From Candidatus Kaiserbacteria bacterium (GTDB lineage: Bacteria; Patescibacteriota; Minisyncoccia; Phycocordibacterales; Phycocordibacteraceae), in the NCBI GenBank assembly GCA_963699165.1, contig OY969413.1, positions 404,562 through 468,561 of the forward strand: DNA of 64,000 nt. Direction: 5' to 3'. Positions within the stretch are counted from its first letter, which is position 1; every line of letters begins with the position of its first letter. The notes beneath the pieces are model-generated. The model saw nothing but the letters and a program-made list of their open reading frames with translations. It was not told the DNA's origin and ran no database searches. Positions 1-8,133 of the stretch are shown here, in pieces. The translations under genes were made by a program, and so were the position numbers.

Positions 1-105
1 CAGATGAAGCGGCGAGACGTGATTTTGTCCGCGCTCAATCGCAAGTTCGTGCGCGCGCCGCACGGCTTCTTTTGCTTTGGTGGTGAAATTGTTAAAAGGA
101 GGCAT
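1..105 (-). CDS. Clp ATPase (ClpB/ClpC-like) N-terminal fragment; gene continues beyond window start
   Basis: Minus-strand ATG near 105 translates MPPFNNFTTKAKEAVRRAHELAIERGQNHVSPLHL, a typical Clp N-domain opening. Only about 35 codons are visible. Confidence 0.4.
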   Translation of the reverse strand, partial: MPPFNNFTTKAKEAVRRAHELAIERGQNHVSPLHL

Positions 106-114
106 ATAGGGATA

Positions 115-888
115 TTACTTGGCGGAAGCGCTCGAGGTTGCGGTCGTTGTGGTTGCCGTCAAAAGGTCGGTGATAACGTTTGCGCCGATTAAAAGACCCG
201 CCTGGCCGCCCGCGCTGATGCCGATGAGATTGCCCGAAAGGTCGACCGCCGCGCTTCCGGTGCCTATATCGGGAAGCGTGGTGTACACGCCCTTGCTGCT
301 CACGCGCGACACAATACCGGTTGCCGCGGAGCCGTCCACACCGAGCGCGAGAACCGTCTCGCCCAATTTCAAACTGCCGTCATCAAGCAATACCGGCGAA
401 GAAATTTTCGGCAATGCCGTGGCGTCCGCAAAACCGTACACCGTTATACCATTTCCTTCATGTGAAATTGATGCGGGAATGTGGGAACCGTCGGGAAATT
501 CGATAATCGCTTCTTTCGGCAGCGCATCTTGGGACGCGGTTGCGACCGCGCGCGACTTTGAAAGATAGGTGCCGTACGAAACCGCCGGTGTCGTCGTACC
601 GTCTTTTTCGGAGTAAATGGCAACCATGCGCGCCTCGTCGGCGCTGATTGCCGCCGTCACCAAATCCTGATTCGATGGCGCAGGCGACTGAATAATGGGA
701 GCCGGGACCGCAGAGGCGACGGTCTCGATTGTGTGCTCGACGACGCGGTTGACGGTTTGCGTCACAACCGCCGGAGCATGGTCAAGCAGCGACACCGTTA
801 AAATCGCGGTGGCGATGGACGTCACGAAGTTAACGAGAATCGTAAGCAGTATCAGTTGGGATTTTGAGAGTCCTTCAATATCATTCAT
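115..888 (-). CDS. Membrane-anchored trypsin-like (S1C/HtrA-like fold) protein, possibly catalytically degenerate
   Basis: 257-aa ORF with an N-terminal TM helix (LILLTILVNFVTSIATAILTVSLL). The C-terminal region resembles the HtrA core (TLPDIGTGSAAVDLSGNLIGISAGG versus TDAAINPGNSGGPLVNxxGEVIGINTA), but the GNSGG serine box is altered and no TNAHV histidine motif was seen. Confidence 0.4.
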   Translation of the reverse strand: MNDIEGLSKSQLILLTILVNFVTSIATAILTVSLLDHAPAVVTQTVNRVVEHTIETVASAVPAPIIQSPAPSNQDLVTAAISADEARMVAIYSEKDGTTTPAVSYGTYLSKSRAVATASQDALPKEAIIEFPDGSHIPASISHEGNGITVYGFADATALPKISSPVLLDDGSLKLGETVLALGVDGSAATGIVSRVSSKGVYTTLPDIGTGSAAVDLSGNLIGISAGGQAGLLIGANVITDLLTATTTTATSSASAK

Positions 889-900
889 ATGTCTATGATG

Positions 901-2034
901 CTACCTGTTGCCGGGTGTGTCAATGAATGCAATCGCCCGTATAATTGCTTCGGCAAGGCGAACAAACATTTGATGAGAACGATTCTCGCTTCGCCACGAA
1001 ATCCGCAGCGTTGAGCGCGCTTTTACTGCGTCCCCAGTGAGTGCAAACACGGCGCGCGAACCGTCCACCGAGTCGGTTTCGCACGCGCTTCGCGTCGCCA
1101 CCGCAAAACCGGCTTCGTCGAGAAGCGCGACTAAATAATCGGTGTCGCGGCCGGGAAGCGATACATTCAAAATATTCGGCGCCTGCGAGCGGCCTTCCTG
1201 AATATGCGCGTTCGGAATATTTTTCAATTCATCGACGAGGTACGCGCGTTCGCGCAATGCGGATGCCGCAAAGGCCTCGCGGTTATGCACGCATTCGGAC
1301 AGCGCGCGCGCGAAAGCGCGCGCGAGTTCGGGCGCTTCGCTTCCCGGTCGAAGTCCGCGCTCCTGTCCTCCGCCCGCATACAATGGTGCAAGCGGTATCG
1401 TGCGATGAGCGATTAACGCCCCGATGCCGCGAACCGCGCCGACCTTTGAGGCGTCAAACGTGACCATGTCCGCATCAAAATGCGCGCGCGTAATTTTTTC
1501 CGTAAGCGGCGCCTGGCTGGCGTCGACATGCAGGAGGATGCGCGCGCCACCTGCGGTGGCGCGCGCATTCCGCAGCGTGTGCGCCACCTCATGTGTATTC
1601 CACACCACACCCGTTTCGCCGCAAACCGCTTCCATTGCGACGAGCACGGTTTCATTCCGAATCAATTTCGCAAGCGCATCGGTGTGGACGCGATAATCCT
1701 TGACGGGAAGCGGCTCGACCGCAACACCTTCATCGGCGAGCAACTTCGCATTTTCGACCAGAGACGCGTGCGCTGTCGGGAGATACAGCATATGCAAATC
1801 GTTTCTGCCGTTTTTTTTGAGCGCCCGAACATGTCCGAGAATCGCGAGTGCATTGCTCTCGGTTGCTCCGCTCGTAAATAGCACATCGTCGGACTGCACT
1901 TCAACGAGCCGTGCAATAGCTGTCCGCGCGTCCTCAAGCATTGTCTTTGCGCGCCGACCCTCCTCGTGCGGCGATGAAGGATTTCCGCTTATGCCCGCGG
2001 CGGCATCAAGATAATTTCGTTTCTTCGAGAACAT
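901..2034 (-). CDS. Cysteine desulfurase (class V aminotransferase, IscS/NifS/SufS family)
   Basis: 378 aa starting MFSKKRNYLDAAAG; fold-type I PLP enzyme layout typical of NifS/IscS. The ORF-track N-terminal extension from 2202 is rejected in favour of the internal ATG at 2034. Confidence 0.8.
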   Translation of the reverse strand: MFSKKRNYLDAAAGISGNPSSPHEEGRRAKTMLEDARTAIARLVEVQSDDVLFTSGATESNALAILGHVRALKKNGRNDLHMLYLPTAHASLVENAKLLADEGVAVEPLPVKDYRVHTDALAKLIRNETVLVAMEAVCGETGVVWNTHEVAHTLRNARATAGGARILLHVDASQAPLTEKITRAHFDADMVTFDASKVGAVRGIGALIAHRTIPLAPLYAGGGQERGLRPGSEAPELARAFARALSECVHNREAFAASALRERAYLVDELKNIPNAHIQEGRSQAPNILNVSLPGRDTDYLVALLDEAGFAVATRSACETDSVDGSRAVFALTGDAVKARSTLRISWRSENRSHQMFVRLAEAIIRAIAFIDTPGNR

Positions 2035-2153
2035 CTCTGCAATTCTACACGAAACCGAATGCGCCCGCTTAACAAAACAGACGTCTTCGCATACCATTCG
2101 CTTCGGAACGTTTGCATTTGCAAAACGTAAAAGCGCCCTGAAAGGACTACTGC

Positions 2154-2426
2154 ATGACCGACAATGTAATCTACACAATGCTTGTTGTCTCGTTGGTGAC
2201 ATGGTTCGCTTGCTGGATTCTGGGCGTATTTATATTCCCAAGGGGAAACAACGTCGGCGAAAATTTATTCATTGCCTCCGCCTGCGCAGCAACGTTGGCG
2301 GGATGCATCACAATTCTTTTTCGAAATGAAGGATTGTCCGCAGGCGACATCGTCTTTCGATTCATTCTGGATGTTGTCATGATTTTATTCCCGCTGTACT
2401 TATCGAAGCCGCGCACTGTGACTTGA
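2154..2426 (+). CDS. Small hydrophobic membrane protein (90 aa), lower GC than surroundings
   Basis: ORF with two to three predicted TM segments; GC about 48%. Ends just before a consensus promoter. Confidence 0.35.
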   Translation: MTDNVIYTMLVVSLVTWFACWILGVFIFPRGNNVGENLFIASACAATLAGCITILFRNEGLSAGDIVFRFILDVVMILFPLYLSKPRTVT

Positions 2427-2451
2427 CAATGATGCATGAATGGTGTACTAT
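2423..2451 (+). promoter_or_regulatory. sigma70-like promoter TTGACA-17-TACTAT
   Basis: TTGACA at 2423-2428 and TACTAT at 2446-2451, 17-nt spacer. Lies upstream of the 2517 ORF, which has a GGAGAAAGG Shine-Dalgarno, and of infB. Confidence 0.4.
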
Positions 2452-2516
2452 CGCTTGCAGTTAACGCCGACATAGCCGTGTCGGCGAGTTCCCCCAACGT
2501 GGAGAAAGGTCTTTGA

Positions 2517-2741
2517 ATGTTCGGTATCGCCGTGCTCGCCACGGTGATCCTGCTCGCCGCCTGGATGTCGGGCGACAAGCGGCTTCACTGGATTGGCGGA
2601 TCCACAGCCGCCTTAATGGTGGCAACAGCTACCGGCTTGGCCGGCGGTTCCGTTGCCGCGACGCCGCTCGAAATGGGCGGCACGTTCCTGGCGCTGACGG
2701 CCGCATTGGCCGTGTCCTGCAGTCCTCGGCGGGCGGAGTAG
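2517..2741 (+). CDS. Small membrane protein (74 aa)
   Basis: ATG preceded by GGAGAAAGG at -7; hydrophobic Ala/Gly/Leu-rich two-TM sequence. Confidence 0.45.
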   Translation: MFGIAVLATVILLAAWMSGDKRLHWIGGSTAALMVATATGLAGGSVAATPLEMGGTFLALTAALAVSCSPRRAE

Positions 2742-2853
2742 ACGTGTTTACTTTGTCGCGCGCATCGCCGTCAACCTCCGGTTGGCGGCGATTTCCATTT
2801 ATGGGGAGGTCGTGATTGCGAATAAGCCATTTTTGTGATGAAATGGAGGCATT

Positions 2854-4320
2854 ATGGCACGGGAAGCTCGACCACCCGTCATCGCGGTGATGGGCCACAT
2901 AGACCACGGCAAATCGTCCCTCTTGGATTACATCCGGAAGGCCAATATTGTCGCGGGAGAAGCCGGCGGCATCACCCAGCACGTTGCCGCATATATTGCC
3001 GTGCACAACGGCCGCTCGATGACGTTTCTCGACACACCGGGACACGAAGCATTTAAAGCATTGCGGCAGCGCGGCGCACTCGCGGCCGATATCGCGATTC
3101 TTGTCGTCGCGGCCGACGAAGGCGTGATGCCGCAGACACTCGACGCTCTTGCCGCGATACGGGAGTCCGGCATTCCGTTTATCGTCGCCATCACGAAGAT
3201 TGATAAAAACAACGCGGACATCGAGCATGCAAAAAATTCCCTGCTAGAGCACGAAGTGTTTATCGAGGGCATGGGCGGCGACGTCGCCTACGCGCTTATT
3301 TCTTCAAAAACCGGCGAAGGCATTCCCGATTTGCTCGACCTTGTCTTGCTCACGGCCGACATCGGCGATATCACGGCCGACCCGGAAGCAACCGCAAGCG
3401 GCTTCGTTCTCGAGTCGACGCAGGACCCTAAGCATGGCGTCTCGGCGACGCTCATCATCAAAGACGGCACGCTCACGCAAGGCGGTTTCGTGGTCGCCGG
3501 CGATGCGTTTGCGCCGATTCGTTTTATCGAGGATTTCCGCGGCAAGCGCATCGAACAAGCCGGACCGTCTGCGCCGGTGCGTATTTCCGGATTTAATAAA
3601 TTGCCGGCTGCCGGTTCCCTTTTCAGCATCGCGGCGAATAAAAAAGAGGCCGAAGCGTTTGCCGTTGCGCACGCAAGGTCATCGGCGACTCCCGAGCGCA
3701 GCGCACTCGCGGAAGGCATCGCCGAACTTCCCATCATCATCAAAGCGGATGTCGCCGGTTCAATCGATGCAATCGCGCACGAACTCAAAAAGAGCACTCA
3801 TGAACGCGCCGTGATTCGCGTCGTTGCGACCGGCGTCGGCAGCGTTTCGGAGACCGATGTAAAAACGGCGCACGCGTCGAATGCGGTCATCATCGCGTTC
3901 AATGTTTCGACCGATTCGATTGCGAACGAGCTTGCGCTTCGCGACAACATTCAGATTCTGTCCTTCTCGATAATTTACGAACTTGCCGATGCAGTGAAAG
4001 AACTGTTTGCCGAGCGCGTGCCGTCAATCGAAGTGGAAAAAGAAACCGGCCGCGCGATGGTGCTCAAAGCATTTTCGTCGACCGCCAAAAAGCAGGTGCT
4101 CGGCGCGCGGTACGTGTCCGGCACGCTTGCGGTCGGCAACCGCGTCAAATTGCTCCGCAAAGACGTCGAAGTATCGCGCGGCAGCATCGTCAATCTGCAG
4201 CAGGCGCGCGCCGATGTGAAAGAGATTAAAACCGATGGGGATTTCGGTACGGAAATCGAGGCGCGCGAGCAAGCGATTTACGGCGATGAAATCGTCGCGT
4301 TTGTCGTACTGAAAACATGA
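2854..4320 (+). CDS. infB: Translation initiation factor IF-2, short form (488 aa, lacks N-terminal domains)
   Basis: G-domain motifs GHIDHGKSSLLD, DTPGHEAF and TKID, followed by the conserved IF-2 C-terminal domains. The stop overlaps the rbfA start (ATGA). Confidence 0.9.
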   Translation: MAREARPPVIAVMGHIDHGKSSLLDYIRKANIVAGEAGGITQHVAAYIAVHNGRSMTFLDTPGHEAFKALRQRGALAADIAILVVAADEGVMPQTLDALAAIRESGIPFIVAITKIDKNNADIEHAKNSLLEHEVFIEGMGGDVAYALISSKTGEGIPDLLDLVLLTADIGDITADPEATASGFVLESTQDPKHGVSATLIIKDGTLTQGGFVVAGDAFAPIRFIEDFRGKRIEQAGPSAPVRISGFNKLPAAGSLFSIAANKKEAEAFAVAHARSSATPERSALAEGIAELPIIIKADVAGSIDAIAHELKKSTHERAVIRVVATGVGSVSETDVKTAHASNAVIIAFNVSTDSIANELALRDNIQILSFSIIYELADAVKELFAERVPSIEVEKETGRAMVLKAFSSTAKKQVLGARYVSGTLAVGNRVKLLRKDVEVSRGSIVNLQQARADVKEIKTDGDFGTEIEAREQAIYGDEIVAFVVLKT

Positions 4321-4637
4321 GCGCGCCCGGAGCAAGCAGAAAAAACGACCGCGCGGCGGAAATCGTCGCTCGCGAAGCCGCGCTGTTTATTGCGCGCGAA
4401 GCCGGAACCGAATCGCTCATCACGGTTGTCCGCACCGAGAGCCGTGCGCACGGCGAGCACATTCTGGTATTTGTGAGCGTCTTCCCCATCGAGAAAGCGC
4501 GCGCGGCCGTTGCGTTTCTCGAACATCACCGCCATGAATTTTCCGACTATCTAAAAAGCCGCGTGCATATGCGAATCCCTCGCGTCGATTTTCTGCTTGA
4601 TAACGGCGAATCGGTAGGCGAAACGCCGAAAAGTTAG
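4317..4637 (+). CDS. rbfA: Ribosome-binding factor A
   Basis: 106-aa protein immediately after infB in the classic infB-rbfA arrangement, with a KH-like RbfA pattern (ITVVRTE...HILVFVSV...R.P.VDFLLD). Confidence 0.75.
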   Translation: MSAPGASRKNDRAAEIVAREAALFIAREAGTESLITVVRTESRAHGEHILVFVSVFPIEKARAAVAFLEHHRHEFSDYLKSRVHMRIPRVDFLLDNGESVGETPKS

Positions 4638-4651
4638 TAATATAGGAAAAC

Positions 4652-4723
4652 GGCCCGGTGGTGAAGTGGTAACACAGGGGACTGCAAATCCTCGATGCGC
4701 GGGTTCAATTCCCGCCCGGGCCT
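4652..4723 (+). tRNA. tRNA-Cys (GCA)
   Basis: Cloverleaf: acceptor GGCCCGG/CCGGGCC, anticodon loop CTGCAAA (anticodon GCA), T-arm CGCGGGTTCAATTCCCGC, discriminator U73 as expected for Cys. Confidence 0.85.
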
Positions 4724-4847
4724 CATGACATACGCGAAGCGGATGGCGGCGGGAATTGAATGCCGTAGCGATGTTCGGTGAGCTGACCGAACCGCGAGGC
4801 GGGGCCGAGAAAATGCTCGAGCGGCGGCGGGAGCATTATTCGTGGCC

Positions 4848-4887
4848 AATCCCGCCCGGGCCTCATGACATACGCGAGGCAGATGGT
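4848..4887 (+). repeat. Imperfect direct repeat of the tRNA-Cys 3' end plus 20 nt of its downstream flank (copy of 4706-4745)
   Basis: caatcccgcccgggcctcatgacatacgcgaggcagatgg versus caattcccgcccgggcctcatgacatacgcgaagcggatgg, about 38 of 41 nt identical. Resembles an attL/attR-like scar. Confidence 0.6.
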
Positions 4888-4942
4888 TGTCCGCATGTAT
4901 GCGGTTTAAAAATGGTAGACGCAAATATGGTATAGTGACTCT

Positions 4943-5485
4943 GTGAGGACCATATCGAAACATTGGGAGGAAAAGTCCTTGCGGAAGACCATTGCTTCAT
5001 CGCAAAGTGTTCGTGAAGCCTTGCGGAAAATGGGGTTGCGCGGGGCGGGAGGAAACTACCGCTACTTTGAAATGTTTGTTGAAAAGTATCATATCGATAC
5101 CGGCCATTTCCTAGGAAAGGGTTGGAGCAAAAACAAAAGCATTTCGAAAGAACCTGTTCGCAGTCTTGAGGAAATACTTGTTCCAAACAGTTATTTTTCG
5201 ATTCACCAACTGAAGAAAAGACTGTTCAAGGCCGGGCTTAAAATTCCAAAATGCGAGGAGTGCGGTTGGGCGAAAAGGAGTGCGGACGGCCGAATCCCCA
5301 TCGAGATTGATCATGTGAATGGAGATCATTCGGATAATCGAATCGAGAATCTTCGCATACTTTGCCCCAACTGTCACAGTATGAAGCCCACTCATCGTGG
5401 TAAAAATAAAAAAGCTCGCCAAGGTGGCGGAATGGTAGACGCACCGCTCTTAAAATGCGGAGAGGAAATAAAAACCCTCATGTGA
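4943..5485 (+). CDS. HNH endonuclease (homing-endonuclease-like), low GC
   Basis: HNH motif IEIDHVNGDHSDNRIENLRILCPNCHS. GTG start. GC about 47% against about 59% in neighbours. The ORF 3' end reads into tRNA-Leu(UAA), so the true stop is uncertain. Confidence 0.7.
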   Translation: MRTISKHWEEKSLRKTIASSQSVREALRKMGLRGAGGNYRYFEMFVEKYHIDTGHFLGKGWSKNKSISKEPVRSLEEILVPNSYFSIHQLKKRLFKAGLKIPKCEECGWAKRSADGRIPIEIDHVNGDHSDNRIENLRILCPNCHSMKPTHRGKNKKARQGGGMVDAPLLKCGEEIKTLM

Positions 5486-5506
5486 GTTCAAGTCTCACCC
5501 TTGGTA
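5418..5506 (+). tRNA. tRNA-Leu (TAA), type II with long variable arm
   Basis: Acceptor GCCAAGG/CCTTGGT, anticodon loop CTTAAAA (anticodon TAA), T-arm GTGAGTTCAAGTCTCAC, discriminator A. Long extra arm GAGG...CCTC. Confidence 0.65.
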
Positions 5507-5511
5507 CTGAA

Positions 5512-6330
5512 ATGGTTAATAAGCGCATCGGCATTTTTGATTCCGGCTTCGGCGGGCTGCATGTCATGCGCGCCATCGTTCGCGCACTTCCGCAGTATGA
5601 CTACGTCTATTTGGGCGATGCGGCGCGTGCTCCTTACGGCGACCGGCAGCAAAAGGAGATTTACAAGTTCACAAAACAGGCAGTCGAATTTCTTTTCGCG
5701 CACGATTGCGAGCTTGTCATTCTTGCGTGCAATACCGCGTCAAGCGAAGCGCTGCGCAATATTCAGAAATTATTCGTGCCAAAGTACGCGCCAGAAAAGA
5801 AAGTACTTGGCGTGCTCATCCCCGCAGCAGAAGAGGCATCACGGCGAAGCCGTGGAAAACAAATCGGTGTGCTCGCGACGCGCGGAACGGTTGAATCGCA
5901 ATCGTTTGTGCGCGAACTCGCGAAGCTCGACCCTGATATTCGAGTTTTCCAAAAGGAGTGTCCTCTATTGGTGCCGCTCATCGAAGCCGGCAAACAGAAC
6001 TCACCGAAAACCCGAGCCGTGCTTGAAAGGTATCTCCATCCGCTTCTGCGGAAAAATATTGACACGCTCATCCTCGGTTGTACGCATTACGGGATTTTGG
6101 AGAAGCAAATCAGAAACATTATCGGACGGGACATCGTCATCATTTCCGAAGCGCGCGCCGTGCCGAAAAAACTGAAAGCGTATTTGGAAAAGCATTCCGA
6201 TATCGAAGCTAAACTTTCGAAAAAAGGAACGGTGCACTTTTTTTCTACCGGCGATACTGGGACATTCGCGTTCATCGGCCGCAAATTTTTCGGAATGAAA
6301 ATCCAGGTAGAAAAAGCGTCACTTCGATAA
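5512..6330 (+). CDS. murI: Glutamate racemase
   Basis: Starts MVNKRIGIFDSGFGGLHV; MurI motifs DSGxGG and conserved Cys motifs (LACNTAS, ILGCTHY). Confidence 0.9.
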   Translation: MVNKRIGIFDSGFGGLHVMRAIVRALPQYDYVYLGDAARAPYGDRQQKEIYKFTKQAVEFLFAHDCELVILACNTASSEALRNIQKLFVPKYAPEKKVLGVLIPAAEEASRRSRGKQIGVLATRGTVESQSFVRELAKLDPDIRVFQKECPLLVPLIEAGKQNSPKTRAVLERYLHPLLRKNIDTLILGCTHYGILEKQIRNIIGRDIVIISEARAVPKKLKAYLEKHSDIEAKLSKKGTVHFFSTGDTGTFAFIGRKFFGMKIQVEKASLR

Positions 6331-6334
6331 GTTG

Positions 6335-6365
6335 TGCCGGGAAGAGGACTCGCCTCTCATTTGGC
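6335..6365 (-). repeat. Partial degenerate copy of the tRNA-Leu(TAG) 3' end (tRNA fragment or pseudo-tRNA)
   Basis: gtgccgggaagaggactcg is shared with the 3' end of the intact minus-strand tRNA-Leu at 6512-6530. The remainder diverges and the T-loop lacks TTC. Confidence 0.35.
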
Positions 6366-6511
6366 AAAATGATCTACTGGGTCGCGCTGCTACACTCGAG
6401 ACCTACGGCACCTCGTCGGTGCCGGCGGCCCGCGGTTCGAGTCCTCCTCCACCATGCACATATGCTTACTCGGAAAAGACCGGGCGAGTTATCCGATTTT
6501 TCCTGTCCCGG

Positions 6512-6593
6512 TGCTGGGAAGAGGACTCGAACCTCCATGGGTTGCCCCGTCTGCTCCTAAGGCAGGTGCGTCTACCAATTTCGCCATCCCAGC
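6512..6593 (-). tRNA. tRNA-Leu (TAG), type II
   Basis: Reverse complement gives GCTGGGATGGCGAAATTGGTAGACGCACCTGCCTTAGGAGCAGACGGGGCAACCCATGGAGGTTCGAGTCCTCTTCCCAGCA: anticodon loop CTTAGGA (TAG), T-arm GGAGGTTCGAGTCCTCT, discriminator A. Confidence 0.75.
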
Positions 6594-6713
6594 GCTTTGA
6601 AACTATACTATCATTTGCTATATTCTAATAATGCGCCTGTATCTTCGCGGATTCGATACAAGCGCTCGTTCGGCGAACAAGAATCCGAGGACGCGTTCTT
6701 GTTTCCTCACTTC

Positions 6714-6786
6714 GCGCCTGTAGCTCAGTTGGTAGAGCAGCTCCCTCTTAAGGAGACGGTCCCTGGTTCGAGCCCAGGTAGGCGCA
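6714..6786 (+). tRNA. tRNA-Lys (CTT)
   Basis: GCGCCTGTAGCTCAGTTGGTAGAGCAGCTCCCTCTTAAGGAGACGGTCCCTGGTTCGAGCCCAGGTAGGCGCA; anticodon loop CTCTTAA. Confidence 0.85.
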
Positions 6787-6858
6787 CAAAAACGGCGGCT
6801 TGACAGGCACGCTATAATATGTATATAATGCATTCGGACTGATGAAAGGAGTTCACAT

Positions 6859-7779
6859 ATGGCAGGCACGCCCCCACCGACACCGCCGGCCGGAACGCCG
6901 CCGACACACCCCGGCATTGGGGTCCTTGAACGCCGTCTCGGAGTCAAGATGCCCGATTTTTTGTATCGCGCGTCTTCGTCGAAAGTCGGGTGTTTCTTGC
7001 TGTGGGCATTTTTTGCAATAGAGCTGTTTTACGTTGTGCAAGACATCGCCGGCGTAATCGGCAGAACATTGCATCACATCCGCAACCCAGGCGCGACCCC
7101 GGAAGCGCACGAGGCCCACGGACGGCTGTGGAAGATTTCGTCGTGGGTCGTGGTCGGGGCCGCAATCTTTGCGTGGTTGATGCTGCGACCAGCGCTCGAC
7201 GCGCATCCCTCTGGCGGGACGGTCGCAAATTGGTACGCGACCAACCCGCTCGTCGTTTCGCTTTTTTTCTTGCCGTTACTAGCAACAATGCTGCTAACGA
7301 CACGGAAGCTGTGGACCTCCGTTGGAGTGGCAGCATTGTTTACACTCCTGCCACTGCTGTTCGCCTTAATCGCGGCGCCGTTTGCTCCGGAGAGAGCGCC
7401 GAGTCCGGAGACCACAACTGCGCCGACCGATCATGCCAACGCGGCCCCATTTGCTCCGGAGAGAGCGCCGAGCCCGGAGACCACAGCTGCGCCGACCGAT
7501 CATGCCAGCAGTGCCAAAAAAACTTGCACCATCGCGACCCCGTGTACCGTAGATGTACCGGTTACCGGGGAGTCGAAACCCATCGTTCCCGTACCGGTCG
7601 GTTACCATCCATACTATCTGGCTCCAGCATCGAGCTACATGGAGCACAGAACGTATGATAAGGAGTCAGGCATGCCGGACTGCAAGGGAACGTGTCCTCC
7701 GGGTCCAGGGGGACAGACAACCTTGTTAAACAAGACAGCAGAGCCCCTGAAAATGGGGTACTACTTCTTGCCGAACTAA
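6859..7779 (+). CDS. Membrane protein with proline-rich N-terminus and an internal 20-aa tandem repeat (APFAPERAPSPETTxAPTDHA, two copies)
   Basis: 306-aa ORF with several TM segments; the true start may be the internal MPDFLY at about 6949. Cys-rich C-terminal tail. Confidence 0.5.
   Translation: MAGTPPPTPPAGTPPTHPGIGVLERRLGVKMPDFLYRASSSKVGCFLLWAFFAIELFYVVQDIAGVIGRTLHHIRNPGATPEAHEAHGRLWKISSWVVVGAAIFAWLMLRPALDAHPSGGTVANWYATNPLVVSLFFLPLLATMLLTTRKLWTSVGVAALFTLLPLLFALIAAPFAPERAPSPETTTAPTDHANAAPFAPERAPSPETTAAPTDHASSAKKTCTIATPCTVDVPVTGESKPIVPVPVGYHPYYLAPASSYMEHRTYDKESGMPDCKGTCPPGPGGQTTLLNKTAEPLKMGYYFLPN
7378..7497 (+). repeat. 60-bp tandem duplication (two copies, about 90% identical) inside the 6859..7779 CDS
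   Basis: gcgccgtttgctccggagagagcgccgagtccggagaccaca... repeated immediately afterwards; in-frame. Confidence 0.8.
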
Positions 7780-7857
7780 TCTTTCTTGAGCCGGGGCGCG
7801 TGAACACCGCTCCGGCTCAATTTTTTAGTACAGCCTGCGCATGTATCTGTTTCTTGG

Positions 7858-8133
7858 CTACTGTGAATTCGAGAGCGGAGCAATCGGCGGTAAACCGAAT
7901 GAATTGAGCGCGACGTTAATGATGCCGTACGCGCCGAAGATGATGACCAATCCGACAAGTCCCCACAAGATTGCCGAGCGGCCCTCGAGGCGACCTTTTT
8001 CATCGCCCGATTTGCGAATGAATTCAAACACGCCCCAAATGAAGACCACGAAAGCGACCGCGGACAGGAGCAGGATAATCGGGTCGATAACCTGCGTCAC
8101 TACTTTCGCGAGAAACGCTCTTAGAACGGTCAT
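7858..8133 (-). CDS. Small two-helix membrane protein, paralog 1 of 6 (VirB2/TrbC-pilin-like candidate)
   Basis: 91 aa; shared family motif ...VPxIxxxAFxxFxWG...(charged loop)...LWGxxGxxxxxSxWGLVN.... Its start overlaps the stop of paralog 2 (TAATG). Confidence 0.55.
   Translation of the reverse strand: MTVLRAFLAKVVTQVIDPIILLLSAVAFVVFIWGVFEFIRKSGDEKGRLEGRSAILWGLVGLVIIFGAYGIINVALNSFGLPPIAPLSNSQ

Noticed and set aside
6421-6453. Plus-strand tRNA or tmRNA 3' end (GGTTCGAGTCCTCCTCCACCA)
   Set aside because: No matching 5' acceptor strand or D- and anticodon arms could be drawn, and the T-stem does not pair. Reported only as a tRNA-like relic.
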